Of a DNA stretch of 64,000 bases, positions 11,831-24,000 are shown one piece after another; position 1 is the stretch's first letter; each line of letters opens with the position of its first letter. The stretch is from Sphaerodactylus townsendi. Taxonomy: Eukaryota. The notes under the pieces are model-generated. The model saw nothing but the letters and a program-made list of their open reading frames with translations. It did no database searches and was not told where the DNA came from. The stretch covers positions 170,934,001 through 170,998,000 of the forward strand of contig NC_059425.1 of NCBI RefSeq assembly GCF_021028975.2, read 5' to 3'. Both the position numbers and the translations under genes were made by a program.

Positions 11831-14800
11831 TTTCCATTATTGAGGCAAGGGGAGTGCGGGGGGTGAACAATCAGACTTAGTGGTGTTTCTCAACCCTCGC
11901 AATTGCACTGTTTTCATCTTCATAGGTTGTGGGTCGGGGGCTAAGTAGGTCCCAGGGAGGCAAAGTTGCTTCTTCCCTGCTTTATTGTGGTTTTTAGCTG
12001 CTCCCAAGGAGTTCAAGGCAGCGAATGCGTTTCTCCCTTTTTCTGCTTATGCCTTACAACAGCCGTATGAGACAGGCCAGGCTGAAATACAGTCGTTGAA
12101 GGAGGTTTATAGCAGAGTGGGGGTTGAACCCTGGCCTTCGGGCACCTAGTCGAACTCTCTACAAGGGATATGCCACACTAGCCCTTTGCTGTCCAGTGTT
12201 GGGTACATGTCTCTGCTCAATTTGGATAAATTGAATGCTGGAATGGCAATGACTGAAGGTCAAGATTGAACACCAATCCAAATCTGGATTGCCAGACCAT
12301 TGCTGGCTGCTTTACTGGGCTTATACATTTTTGTGTTCAAATACCCCACCACTTCTTCCTATCAGAATATTTTAAATTTATGCGAACTGTAATTTTTGTC
12401 TTGATTCTGGAGAATGTTTCAGAAACTCGTGTGCCGTGTGGCTCAGTGTCATGCTGCTGTTGAAGATGGCTGAATGCACCAGATCAGGGGGCTAAAATTA
12501 TGACCAGTCACAATAGTCCATCAAAACGGACTTAGCATGTCTCCTCCTGAAATATAGTGCGGGTGGGGGAGTCTTGCCTCTGAAATTTTGAAATCGACTT
12601 GGCCACTTAACAGGGAGAGAAAAGAAGGTCCATAGATAATCATTTCAACTACTTTCATAGCAGAATCTAGTCCCTGTGGCGAGTATCCAATCACAGAAAC
12701 ATTAAGAACTGGTTCTTGCTGAGTTCCTTAATAAGTATGCTTCATTAGCTTTTAAGAACTTCTGGTGTACATTCAGCTCATCTCTGTCATTTCAGGTTGC
12801 TGTACACCTTGGCTATCCCTGCACTGATACTCAGTGGAGTTCTATGTATCGGTCTATTGCTGTTCCTGTGGGGTATACGGCTGTGGCTCCAACAAAGGAA
12901 AAACAAGTTACTCCCCCCAAGGAAAGATGGGAAAAGGCCACGCGTGGTGGCATTTTTTCATCCATATTGCAATGCAGGTGGTGGAGGGGAAAGGGTCTTA
13001 TGGTGTGCTCTAAGAGCTTTGCAGAATAAGTAAGTGCACTTTATCTTTGTAATACTGGTGTTTGATTTTTGCATTTGTATCTTTCCAAGATGACATTCCA
13101 CAACTAAACCATTCTGTAATTGAATTTCGTTTTCATTTTTTCATTTTCTTATTATCTGTACTAGATCTTGTGTTGGTCCTTAAGGGCAAAAAGTCACTAA
13201 TGTGCTTGTGCATTTGTGTCTGAAACCGGCAAATCTGTTTCAGAAGTTATGCTTAGAAAAAAAATTAATGTAGAAAAATGCAGCTGTTACAGACTATTGG
13301 TAAAAAAAAGCTCACTTATAGGAAAATGAATTGTTACCAGTTTGCAAACACAGTATTAAGTGTAAGCACATCAATCTCACACTACAGATTCTCTGTTTTG
13401 TCAAACAGCACTTATTTACATGATCCCAGTGGTCCTAATCTAGAGAGAGCTCAGTTAAGTGCCCTTAAGATTTTCATGTGCACTACAGCAATATGGTACA
13501 AATAGTATCTGAAACTGGTTTTTCTGTCTGTATTTTTTGGGGGGAGGGGGTTGAATCAAAGATTAGGCTTTTGGTTATGAGAATTTATTTATTTATTTAC
13601 TTACTTTATACCCCACCTTTCTCCCCAGCGGGCACCAAAGGCACGTGTATCGTTCTTCTCTGTCTCCCATTTTATCCTCACAACAACCCTGCAATAATAT
13701 CTGGAGGATCAAGTTTGAGTCCCCACTCTGCCATAGATGTTCACTGGATGATTTCAGACCAGTCGTATCTACTGAGCCTAATCTGTCTCACAGGATTGTT
13801 GAGAAGATAAAATGGGGAAGGGCAGAATGTTGTAACCCACTCTGGGTCCCCAGTGAGAAGTAAACTGGGGTATAAATGAAATAAACAACACATGAACTGT
13901 TTTAGAAGGTTTGAAATACCATATACCTGGTTCATAACTACTATTAAGTCAAAGTTTCTGAATTACACAGATTTTGATGCAATTAGTTAATATTGAAAGC
14001 ATAACAAGGGCTGGGTTTTCATTTATTGTCGTGCAGCAATATGCTAAATTCTTTTGCTGTCAACTTTTTATGGTAGTTACTCAAGTTTTTGTTGGTGAGA
14101 TCATTGGGGATGACCTGTTTTTCCACGGCACTGTGCAGCCTCAATTCCAACTTCATCTGGCCATTTAAAATAGACCAGAAAAGCTGAGAGGGAAACATGT
14201 TTAGTTTTACTTGTACTCTAAATGTCTTCACTGAAAAGTCTGAATAGTAAATTATGTTTTATGTTGCAGATACAAAGATGCTTCTTACATTGTCTATACT
14301 GGCGATACCGGTGTCACAGCTGAGAATATTCACCAAGGTGCTTACAGGCGATTTAACATCCGACTAAATCAACCTGTGAAGTTCGTGTTTTTGAAAAAGC
14401 GCTACCTTGTGGAAGCTTCCCTGTACCCGTATTTCACTCTGCTGGGACAGAGCTTGGGTTCACTGGTTCTGGGCTGGGAAGCTCTTCTGAAGTGTACTCC
14501 CGATGTTTATATTGACTCCATGGGTTATGCCTTCACGCTCCCCCTCTTCAAGTATTTAGGGGGCTGTCAAGTAGGATGTTACGTTCACTACCCAACCATC
14601 AGTACTGATATGCTTTCTGTGGTTAAGAATCAGAATGCCAGATTTAATAATGCCACCATCATTGCAAAAAATCCCCTATTAAGCAAGCTGAAACTTGTAT
14701 ATTATTACTTTTTCGCTTTAATGTATGGGCTAGCTGGATCTTGTGCTGATGTTGTCATGGTTAATTCTTCATGGACACTCGGTCATATTGTTTCCCTTTG

Positions 14801-16999
14801 GCGCTGTGGCTTCTACCCAAACATTGTATATCCTCCTTGTGACGTTCAGGCATTCCTGGATATACCTCTGTGCAAGGAAAATAACACCGCCGAGCACACC
14901 GTTGTTTCAGTAAGCCAGTTCAGGCCAGAGAAGGACCACCCTTTGCAGATCAGAGCCTTTGCTAAATTGTTGCAGAAGCCTGAAGGGCAGCAGGCGCTAC
15001 CCAAACTTATTCTGGTTGGGGGCTGCCGTAACCAAGAAGATGACCAGCGTGTAAATGAACTTAAAAAGCTCTGTCAAGAACTGGGTGTTGAGAAAAGGGT
15101 GGAATTCAAAGTTAACATTCCATTTGAAGAATTGAAAACCCACGTGGGAAATGCAACCATTGGTCTTCACACCATGTGGAACGAACACTTTGGAATCGGT
15201 GAGTATTTCTGCATATAATCTGGCTTGATATGAGACGTTCCACAATCCCGGATTCTAAATGGGGAGAATGCTGGCTTGCATAGCAGGCATAAATCAGTTT
15301 CTCACTTTGGATGGAAAGCTAAAGTATGGGGTTGGCCTAAACAAAATTAATCATTATTCCATGAATAGAAGGAGAGTTTGGATTTGTATCCAGCTTTTGT
15401 CAGCCATAAGGAGTCTTAAAGCAGCTCAGAATAGCTTTTCCTTCCTCTCCCCCCATACCAGACACCTCGTAAGGTAGGTGGGGCTGAGTTTTGAGAGGCC
15501 TGTGGCTAGCCCAAGGTCACCCAGCTGTTTTCATGTGTAGGAGTGGGGAAATAAACCCGGTTCTCCAGATTAGAGCCCACTGCTCTTAGCCACTGCACCA
15601 CACTGGCTCCCAGAGAGTACAGAATACAGAGAGTTGCGCTTGCACAAGCAAGCCTGGAGACCCTTTAGGGCTGGCTCAAGGAGTGCTAAATCATGTTTTG
15701 CCATTATGTTGGAACCAAGTTCCTTGATCTGTCTAGAAAGTTGCCTGTATTCTTTTTCACAAAGTCAAACTGGCTCCATAAAACGTGTGTTCCCTTACCT
15801 ACAGGTTGTAGAGGTGATTTTCAGCAAAATGCCATCCACTTCGTATGCCAAGTGAATACAGCAGAATTGCATGCTAGGAACACCGCTTGTAAATTTTCTT
15901 TAGTGTTTTTCTTTAGTGTTTTTAAGTATAATGTATGTTTTTCTTGGGAGCAGCAGTGGCATAGGAGGTTAAGAGCTTGTGTATCTAATCTGGAGGAACC
16001 GGGTTTGATTCCCAGCTCTGCCGCCTGAGCTGTGGAGGCTTATCTGGGGAATTCAGAGTAGCCTGTGCACTCCCACACACGCCAGCTGGGTGACCTTGGG
16101 CTAGTCACAGCTTCTCGGAGCTCTCTCAGCCCCACCTACCTCACAGGGTGTTTGTTGTGAGGGGGGAAGGGCAAGGAGATTGTAAGCCCCTTTGAGTCTC
16201 CTGCAGGAGAGAAAGGGGGGATATAAATCCAAACTCTTCTTCTTCTTTAGTGTTTTTAAGTATATTTTCTTTAGTGTTTTTAAGTATAATGTATGTTTGT
16301 AGGATCATGAAGGATTGAGCTGCCTTGCCGTGATTTTTTTTCCAACCTGTGTGGAGATATTAGAGCATTCTTTCTCAGTGAGAAAGGCGCACACTATAAA
16401 TGAAGTAAATAAATAAATGCTTCTTCCCACTGGGACAGGATGCAAGACAGCAGCACAACTTTGTGTAACCTCAGCTGGGTGGCACTCTTCTTCCCTTTTG
16501 GTAGCATCAGTTGGTAAACAGTCTACAACCGTACAAACCTCAGCAAATTCTCAGGTAAAGGAGACAGAAAGATCTTGGCAAAGGCAAGAACAGAACTGCC
16601 AAAGGATAAGCTGCCCCTCAGTGATTACTGCAAACACTGTTCATTGTTCTGTGGTTTGCAGGCATCCCTCTTCCTCCTCCAGATGAGATGCACTAATTCA
16701 CAACAATTCCTTTTGCCTTTTTAACAGGAATCGTTGAATGCATGGCAGCAGGCACAGTTATACTCGCTCACAACTCTGGAGGCCCCAAACTGGACATTGT
16801 GGTGCCCTACGAAGGGAATCTCACTGGATTTCTGTCAGAGAGTGAAGATGACTATGCAGACACTATGGCTCATATCTTTTCACTGTCTCCTGCAAAAAGG
16901 CTGGAGATCAGAAAAAATGCGCGTCAGTCTGTAAAGAGATTTGGGGAACAAGAATTTGAGGAAACATTCCTATCATCCATGGAACAATTTTTTAAATAA
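11686..16999 (+). CDS. ALG11: ALG11 alpha-1,2-mannosyltransferase, spliced CDS join(11686..11723,12796..13029,14270..15198,16728..16999)
   Basis: N-terminal TM helix, [27 protein letters not shown] and [19 protein letters not shown] motifs; all introns GT-AG and phase-consistent. Confidence 0.97.
12796..13029 (+). CDS. ALG11: ALG11 coding exon 2
   Basis: ttcag| acceptor, AA|gtaagt donor; TM helix and [17 protein letters not shown]. Confidence 0.95.
   Translation, partial: VAVHLGYPCTDTQWSSMYRSIAVPVGYTAVAPTKEKQVTPPKERWEKATRGGIFSSILQCRWWRGKGLMVCSKSFAE
14270..15198 (+). CDS. ALG11: ALG11 coding exon 3
   Basis: ttgcag| acceptor, G|gtgagt donor; [12 protein letters not shown]...[10 protein letters not shown]. 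Confidence 0.96.
15947..16246 (+). mobile_element. Young tRNA-derived SINE in ALG11 intron 3
   Basis: Same family; flanked by duplicated ttagtgtttttaagtataatgtatgttt. Confidence 0.85.
16728..16999 (+). CDS. ALG11: ALG11 coding exon 4 (to stop)
   Basis: aacag| acceptor; [24 protein letters not shown]...FFK*; AATAAA at 16995-17000 and 17079-17084. Confidence 0.96.
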
Positions 17000-17831
17000 A
17001 ATGTTGTTTATGCGTCTGGACACCAGAGGGATTACGGTGCGCCGTTTATATTGTCTTTATTTATTAATTACATTGTGCAATAAAGTATTTCTGATACATA
17101 CTGGCTTCCTGGGTATGGGGATAGGCCATAACAACTTAGTATGGTAGAATTTTAACGTATTTTATGTAGTATAAGTACAGATAAAATCATGCATACTGTA
17201 TGTGTCAGGACATCTTAAGACTGCAGTTGTTTTTCAAGGGGGTAGCTCAACTTGTTTGACTGTATAGCTAAAAGTTAGTTAGATTTTTCAATTAACTTTT
17301 ATAGTATTAAGTCCCCCATCTACTTTTGACTGGAAATTATTCTTACTGTTAAATTGACACCACCTTCCTGAAGTATCATACTGAAAAACTATCATTGAAA
17401 TAGGTAATCAATTTCACCAGTCATTACATGAAGATTGTATTCTGCTGGACATAACATACATCAGCCCAGCCAAAAATCCGGTCACCAGAAAGTGGCAATA
17501 TCATAATTGGATGGAATGATCAACTTCTAGTTTTGGAAAATAATATGGAATACTTGATAAACTAGAGAAACTGGCAACTTAAATGTTTCAGCATAAAAAA
17601 CCAGCATGGAGTTAATGCAAAGAAGTAGTAACTTCAAAGACAGGGAGGGCAGTTGTATGTTTTGTCAAGTTCATTAATGTAAGGTGCAGTGGAACATCTC
17701 ATTTCTAGTACTGAGAACCTGATACTTGGTTCACTACAGAGTGATGGCTGTTGATCCTACAAATGGGCACTAGTTTTGTAAAGCAAACTCTTGTTGCTAT
17801 AAGTCTTTAGAAGCTATTGTGCAAGATTACG

Positions 17832-18045
17832 TTAACTGACTGGAGTTTCCCGTTTGTTTCCAGTCAGGTCACCATTTTCTTCCAAACCTCCATCCGGTGT
17901 TTTCTTGGTTAATCTGTCTTGTTCCTGTTGATCTTGGTCCACTGACTCCACTGGACCTTTTAAACCTTCTTCCAGTGATGATATTACTTTCTCCAGGGAT
18001 TCTATCAGCTCATTCCTCAATTCATCTTCAGATTCTTCAAAATTA
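17832..18045 (-). CDS. NEK5: NEK5 last coding exon
   Basis: [21 protein letters not shown]...TPVS*. Confidence 0.88.
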
Positions 18046-21000
18046 CTGTGTAATTAATGGCAGAAAATGAATATTCAGAGGGTTTTAAAACAGCATATTC
18101 CATTTTCAAGTTGGCCAGTGTGTGCGTGTTAAATGCTGTCAACTCGCTTCTAGCTCATGGAGACCCTACATATCAATGTCCTCCAAAACATCCTATCATT
18201 AACAGGTCTTGTTCAGGTCTTGCAAACTTCCTTTATAGAGTCCATCCATCTCATGTTGAGTCTTCCTCTTTTCCTGCTGCTTTCAACTTTTCTTAGCATT
18301 ATTGTCTTTTCCAGTAATGCATTAATATGACTAAAGTATCTCAGCCTCAGTTTATTCATTTTAGCTTCTAATGACAGTTCAGGCTTGATCTGAAGATCTA
18401 AGGGCTGCTCTGTGGGTGATTCCTGCCCAGTCACCCTGGCAAGGTGAAGGCTTGTGACCTAAGCAGATTATCTGAATGGGCGGTTTGTGCGAACAGAACC
18501 CTCCACAGAGGTAGTGTAGCTGTGGCTGCCCTGGTTCCTCTTGTGACAGTAGTACACTTTAATGACCTGCACCATCTGGGAAAAGTATAATGGCTATGAT
18601 AAGCAAGACCCATCAAACAGCAATGTGATTTTCCAGAGGAAACCCCATGTGGGCCGCTACATAATGGGGTGCACATTCGCTTAGAAGTGGCCTTTGTGTT
18701 CAAGTGTGCCTTCAAATTACAAGGAACTGTAAATTGTACCTATTCTATGCCTTTGAACGCATGAGAGAAAACCGAGAGTTAAAGAAGAGGAGGAGTTTGG
18801 ATTTATATCCTACCTTTCTCTCCAGTAAGGAGTCTCAAAGTGGCTAAACTCCTTCCCATCCTTATCCCTCAACAGACATCTCATGAGGTAAGAGGCTTCT
18901 TGTGGAAGAGCAAATCCAGTTCACCAGTTAAGAATGCGCCACTCATGTGGAGGAGTAAGGAATTAAACCCAGTTCGTGAGATTAGAGTCCATCGCGTTTG
19001 ACCATTACACCATGCTGGCTGTCATCCTGATGTTCAGAAGTCCAGGCTAGTTTTTTAAAAAATTATAGACAACCTTTCTTGCTAACACTCAAGGTGGTCT
19101 CATGATATAAAACAAGATCTAGGATTACAAAAGTCAGAACAATGCAGACATTTACAAGAGAAGACAATTCTTTTTGCACAACCTGAAGAATGATAGGAAT
19201 GTGGGAGTCTTCCTGCCTCCTCAGGCAGCCTGTTCCACAAGGTGGGAGCCACAGGAGAGAATATCTGTGAACAAGCAGTTCCCAGTCTTACCCATTTGTA
19301 TGGTGGCATCCTCAGAAGCCTTGGCTTAGATAGGTGAAGTTGTGGCGGAGCACAGCACAAGAGGCTGTCTTGCAGGTATGTGGATCCAAGGTCATTGCAA
19401 TGATAACTGGTACCCTGAACTGAATCTGACAGCTTCCGCTAGGAAGGCCCCCCACATATCTACCATTCCACAGAATGTACAAAACAGAAATGTTCAGGAA
19501 AGTTTCTTAAAAGGATTGGAACTCTAGTATAACAACAGCAACAAAAGCTCAGGAGGACCCTTTTAGAAGGAAAGGATTACAGTCAATTGCAACATTTCAC
19601 TTTGCTTTTATTTATTTTTTATTTATTATTAGTTTTATATACCGCCCTCCCCCTGAGGGCTCAGGGCAGTTCACAACAGGTTAAAACAAACATTGCATTA
19701 TCTTCTAACCATTGTAATCCATATTGCATTATGGTATGTCATACTTTAGATATTTTGTCTTTTTTTGTCACATTGCTTTCTGACTCTGGAAACCTAGTAC
19801 TATTGCATTGTTTATTGGATGTCTTATGCTGCTTGATTTGTCTTTTGTAATCCATCTTGAGTCTCGGCAAGAAAGGCAGGCTATGTATGAAATTTAAAAA
19901 TAATCATATAGATCATTAACTTGCTATCAACATATTTATGATAATAAGTTGCACATGAACTGAGATGTTAATTGACCGAATGGGAAATCCACTACATGAT
20001 CTTTCTAGGACCTGCAAAGCAAACTGCATCCCAGTTGCTAGCATCAGTCTAGCCAGAAGTCTTGTTCCATCAATCATTGACCTTTTCTATCCTTAAGCAA
20101 CAATGATCTTGAAGAAAGTCTTAAGTTCAGGGGTGTTAACATGACACCAATACTGCAATAATGTTGCCCAGACCTTGAATTAACTGAACTGTATTAACTG
20201 AACTAACTTACGTGTCATCATCATCAGACCTTGGCACAAGTCTGTCTTCATCCACTTCAACAGCAGAACCTGATTCTGGTTCGGTGTCATCAGTTCTGGG
20301 CACTGGTGGGGTTACTGCCTCCTCTGAAGAGAAAAACAATTAATTGGTTTTAATTTGAAAGCCCCCTTAAATTTATGGAAAGGAGACAAAGACATTTTCT
20401 GAATCAACAATTATATTTGGTTTTATTCAACATTCCCAGTCACCTAACTGTGGAGTCTTCCACTGGCACTGGGAGATATCAGTTACATTGAGACTAGACT
20501 ATTGCAATGTGCTCTTCTTGGGGCTACTCTTGAAGGTTGTTTGAAAGCTGTAGCTAATGCTGAGGCTAGACCACTGGTCAGGGCCAGCTATCAGGAACAT
20601 GTGACCCCAATATCTCAGCAATTACACTAGCTACCAATCCTCCCCCCTGAGCCCAATTCAGCTGGTGCAGATATATGAGAGATGGACTTTTCAATCCCCA
20701 CAGCAGCCACCTGGTTTTCACCTGAGATGAATGATGCGTTGAGAAACACCCCCAAGCTGCAAACCTGGCTTTTCAAGCTAAGTGTAACCCCATCAACACG
20801 AGAAATCACAAGTCCATGGACTGTCTTTCTACTAATCCAGAGAACATCTGTCTTATCAGGATTAAGTCAGATGATATCTAACAGAGAGAGCTTTGACACT
20901 TGAAAGTATATCCCCTGAGAATCCTGATGGTCTCTATGGGGCTGGAGGACTCAGATCTAGCTGTCCGACTTTAAACTACATTTTAAGACGCTAGATATTT

Positions 21001-24000
21001 TTTGCTTGGATGTGAACAGCTTGGATGTGAACAGTTTTTAGAACATGAGAATTGACTTACTGGGTTCTTCAGCTTGGTTCAGAGAGACACTGGAGCACTC
21101 TGCTTCTGCTAACATGTTCAGTAGTGTCCCAGGGGATTCTTGGCTCCATTTTTTCCTTTTTTCAGAGAAGTCTAAAGGCATAATGATCACTGGGTCCGCT
21201 AAGAAACAAGGTGTTAGCTCACTGCATGTTAGTGAGATGATCATATAAATCTGAGTTACACTTCAGTATATCAAGAACCCTTCAGCATTCTGTTTTAGCC
21301 AAAGCATATTTAGTTTTCATGGTGTCATTTTGATGTTTTTTCTCCTTTGGGTTAATTTGCAAAGTCATTTTTTTCTGCATACTTGAAAAGTCCCCTTCAA
21401 GATACAGAGACCCCTATCTTGTCTGTGTCTGGCCCTACTGTACTGACTTTTGTCATCCACATTCATGGCTAGTTTACTATTAAATACAGCAATGAGGGAA
21501 CACTATTGGGCAATTCACTGTCTATGTAGGGGGAGAGGAAGTAACAAAATCCAAAGTAATAAGCCAGCAGTCCTTGTTGAAACGGTAAATCAATCTGCAA
21601 GAGCTGGGCTTGACATGGTTTTTCAACTCTGACTGAGGCTTCCTTGCCCGGAGTTTTATTGTACCATTCTTATAATTTTAATGGGACTTTGTTCTCCTTG
21701 CAAACTGCGTTGAGCATGGAAACACACTGGATTGGGAATTTTCAGGATGGATGTACTGATGGAATTTTCAGTACATCCTTAACCTAGCACTTGCCCTGAT
21801 CTCTTTAGGACACCTCTCTCAAAGTCTCGAGAACCACAGAAATAATATTTCTGTTACTGCAGAGTCCTCTTTTTGAAACAAACAAACAAATCGCACTGCA
21901 TTTTCACACTCCAATGCAAAGGCCAATTTGTAGTGGATCCCACAAATCTCAGCTTAATATAAGAACTGAAAATATGCCACAAAAACCACCTTTATCCATG
22001 GGTAGGGACTCAGTGGTGACATCTGCTTTTCCTAAGAGGTTCAGGAGTGTCTGTGGAACTGCGTCCTGCCAGTGCTTCCTGTTAGATATAGAATCATCTT
22101 CATTCTCAGAATCTAAGGAGAAAGATGAGGTGATTGTTACCGGTAACTGTTTTTAACTCTGTGTGGATGGAATGCTGATGCTGACTGAAATTTATTTTTC
22201 CCCAACGTCAACGGTTGATCAAGAAGGCTTACAACATTTCTGAAGCACAAAAGAGTTCAGAGAGTTTTCTTCTCCATTGCATGACTTTTTGGCAAAGACT
22301 TGATGATGTTTTGGAGTCCATTATTGTGTATGAATTGGCCACATGCTTAATAAAGTATCTATTTTCTTAAAAGAGCTGATCAGGCCCAGAGACCAGGGCC
22401 ACTGGGAGCCATGCTATAATAAGGAATCAACTGCGTGAAACAGCTCTCAAAGTTTATGTGTAATACCAATCCAAATGTGTAGGAATGTAAGGCTAACTAA
22501 TAAGGGGTCACCCATCGTAATAAATCCACCAATTTCAAGAGAAATACCTGTTTCCAAACAGCATAATTCTGCCAAAGCTTGGTCAGTATAATTATTACAG
22601 ATATTTGTCAATTTTTCTTTAAGATTTTTTCCAGCCTCAAAAGTCAAGGTCTCATTAAGCTTATCCTGTTCCTGAAATCAGACAAAAGAATGTTGAAGCT
22701 TATTTTAGCTTTCGTATGAAAACTTCTCCTTCAGGGAGAACAAGCAAAACTAAAGAACTGCAATAACCCAACAAATTTGAACCAGTGGATCCCATCAATC
22801 CTTCATCTTGGACTGAAGATGTTCATTTCAGCAAGAGCTCTCCTTGTGGAATATGAAATCTTTCTCCACATTTTCTTTTTGGAAAAAAAGCAAACCTTAA
22901 CACAAGAGTGCCAGTTTTTATGGCAACAAAATCACAGCCTTTCAGGAATTCGTGTATATTAATCTGTTTGCACACATAATTATTCCTCTTGGGGCTGCCT
23001 CACTCCAATGGAAGAAGCAGAATGCAAACGCAGATGTTCACCCCACTGAGATACCTGGAGAAGACTGGTCAGCCTATGATCCAAACACATTATCAGAATG
23101 CAGTATTGCTATATTATGTTACGCAAAGCTGTTTACCTCTTTATTGCCTTGGGAATTATTCACCTGTGGAACACCATCTTCTAAATCAATCTGAAACTTT
23201 ATACCTCCCTGAAAAATAGTTTTAAGTATTTTAATAACCTGCAAAAATAAATAGCTGATAAAAGGATGCTAAATTCCAAAGTTCAAAAATTGTGTTTTTT
23301 TTTTTTTTTAGATAAAGACCTCCTGCTATCTGTCTACCTGAAATGCAGGCAGGGGTCTATGTGGTATTGGAGGTGGGGGAGGTCATTCTTCCTGCCAAAT
23401 GGAAAGGAGCATCAGTCTATAGCAAGGCTCTGTATTTCCCTTCCCAGTGTATGTGGGCATATGCAACAGATTAGCAGGATGAAGTTAAGTAGCGATAGCT
23501 TATGCCCCCACTTGACTGGGATGTTCATTATAGCACCAATCAACACTGATGGCCAGAAACAACACACATTATTTATATATTCATCAGTGGTGCAAAACTG
23601 TAACCAGCTTATTACAACCGCCGCAAGGGTCTTGCAAGGCAAAAGATTTTCAGAGGTGTTTTGCTGTTGCCTTCCTCTGCAGAGCCTTTCTAGGTGGTCT
23701 CCCATCCAGGTACCAGCTCTGCTGAGCTTCTGGGATCTGATGAGATGAGGCTATTATCACACCACCTTCCCTCAACACATATTTACATTAAGGACAAAGT
23801 TCTGCTTTACGCTGAGAGGAATATGAAGTCAGCTTACATTAAAACTATGTCAAATCCAACAAAACTTACCTTCTCACCTGCCGGCTGCTTTCAATTTTTC
23901 CTAGGTTAAAGTTTTTGTATTTTTATATTGCACATTTTTTTAATCACTGTGTATTATTTTGAGGGGTTCTTTCTCCCACACACGAGTTTGGTAAAATAAT

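Noticed and set aside
17000-17830. UTP14C retrogene at the ALG11 3' end
   Set aside because: No long ORF; the retrocopy is a mammalian insertion, so absence is expected
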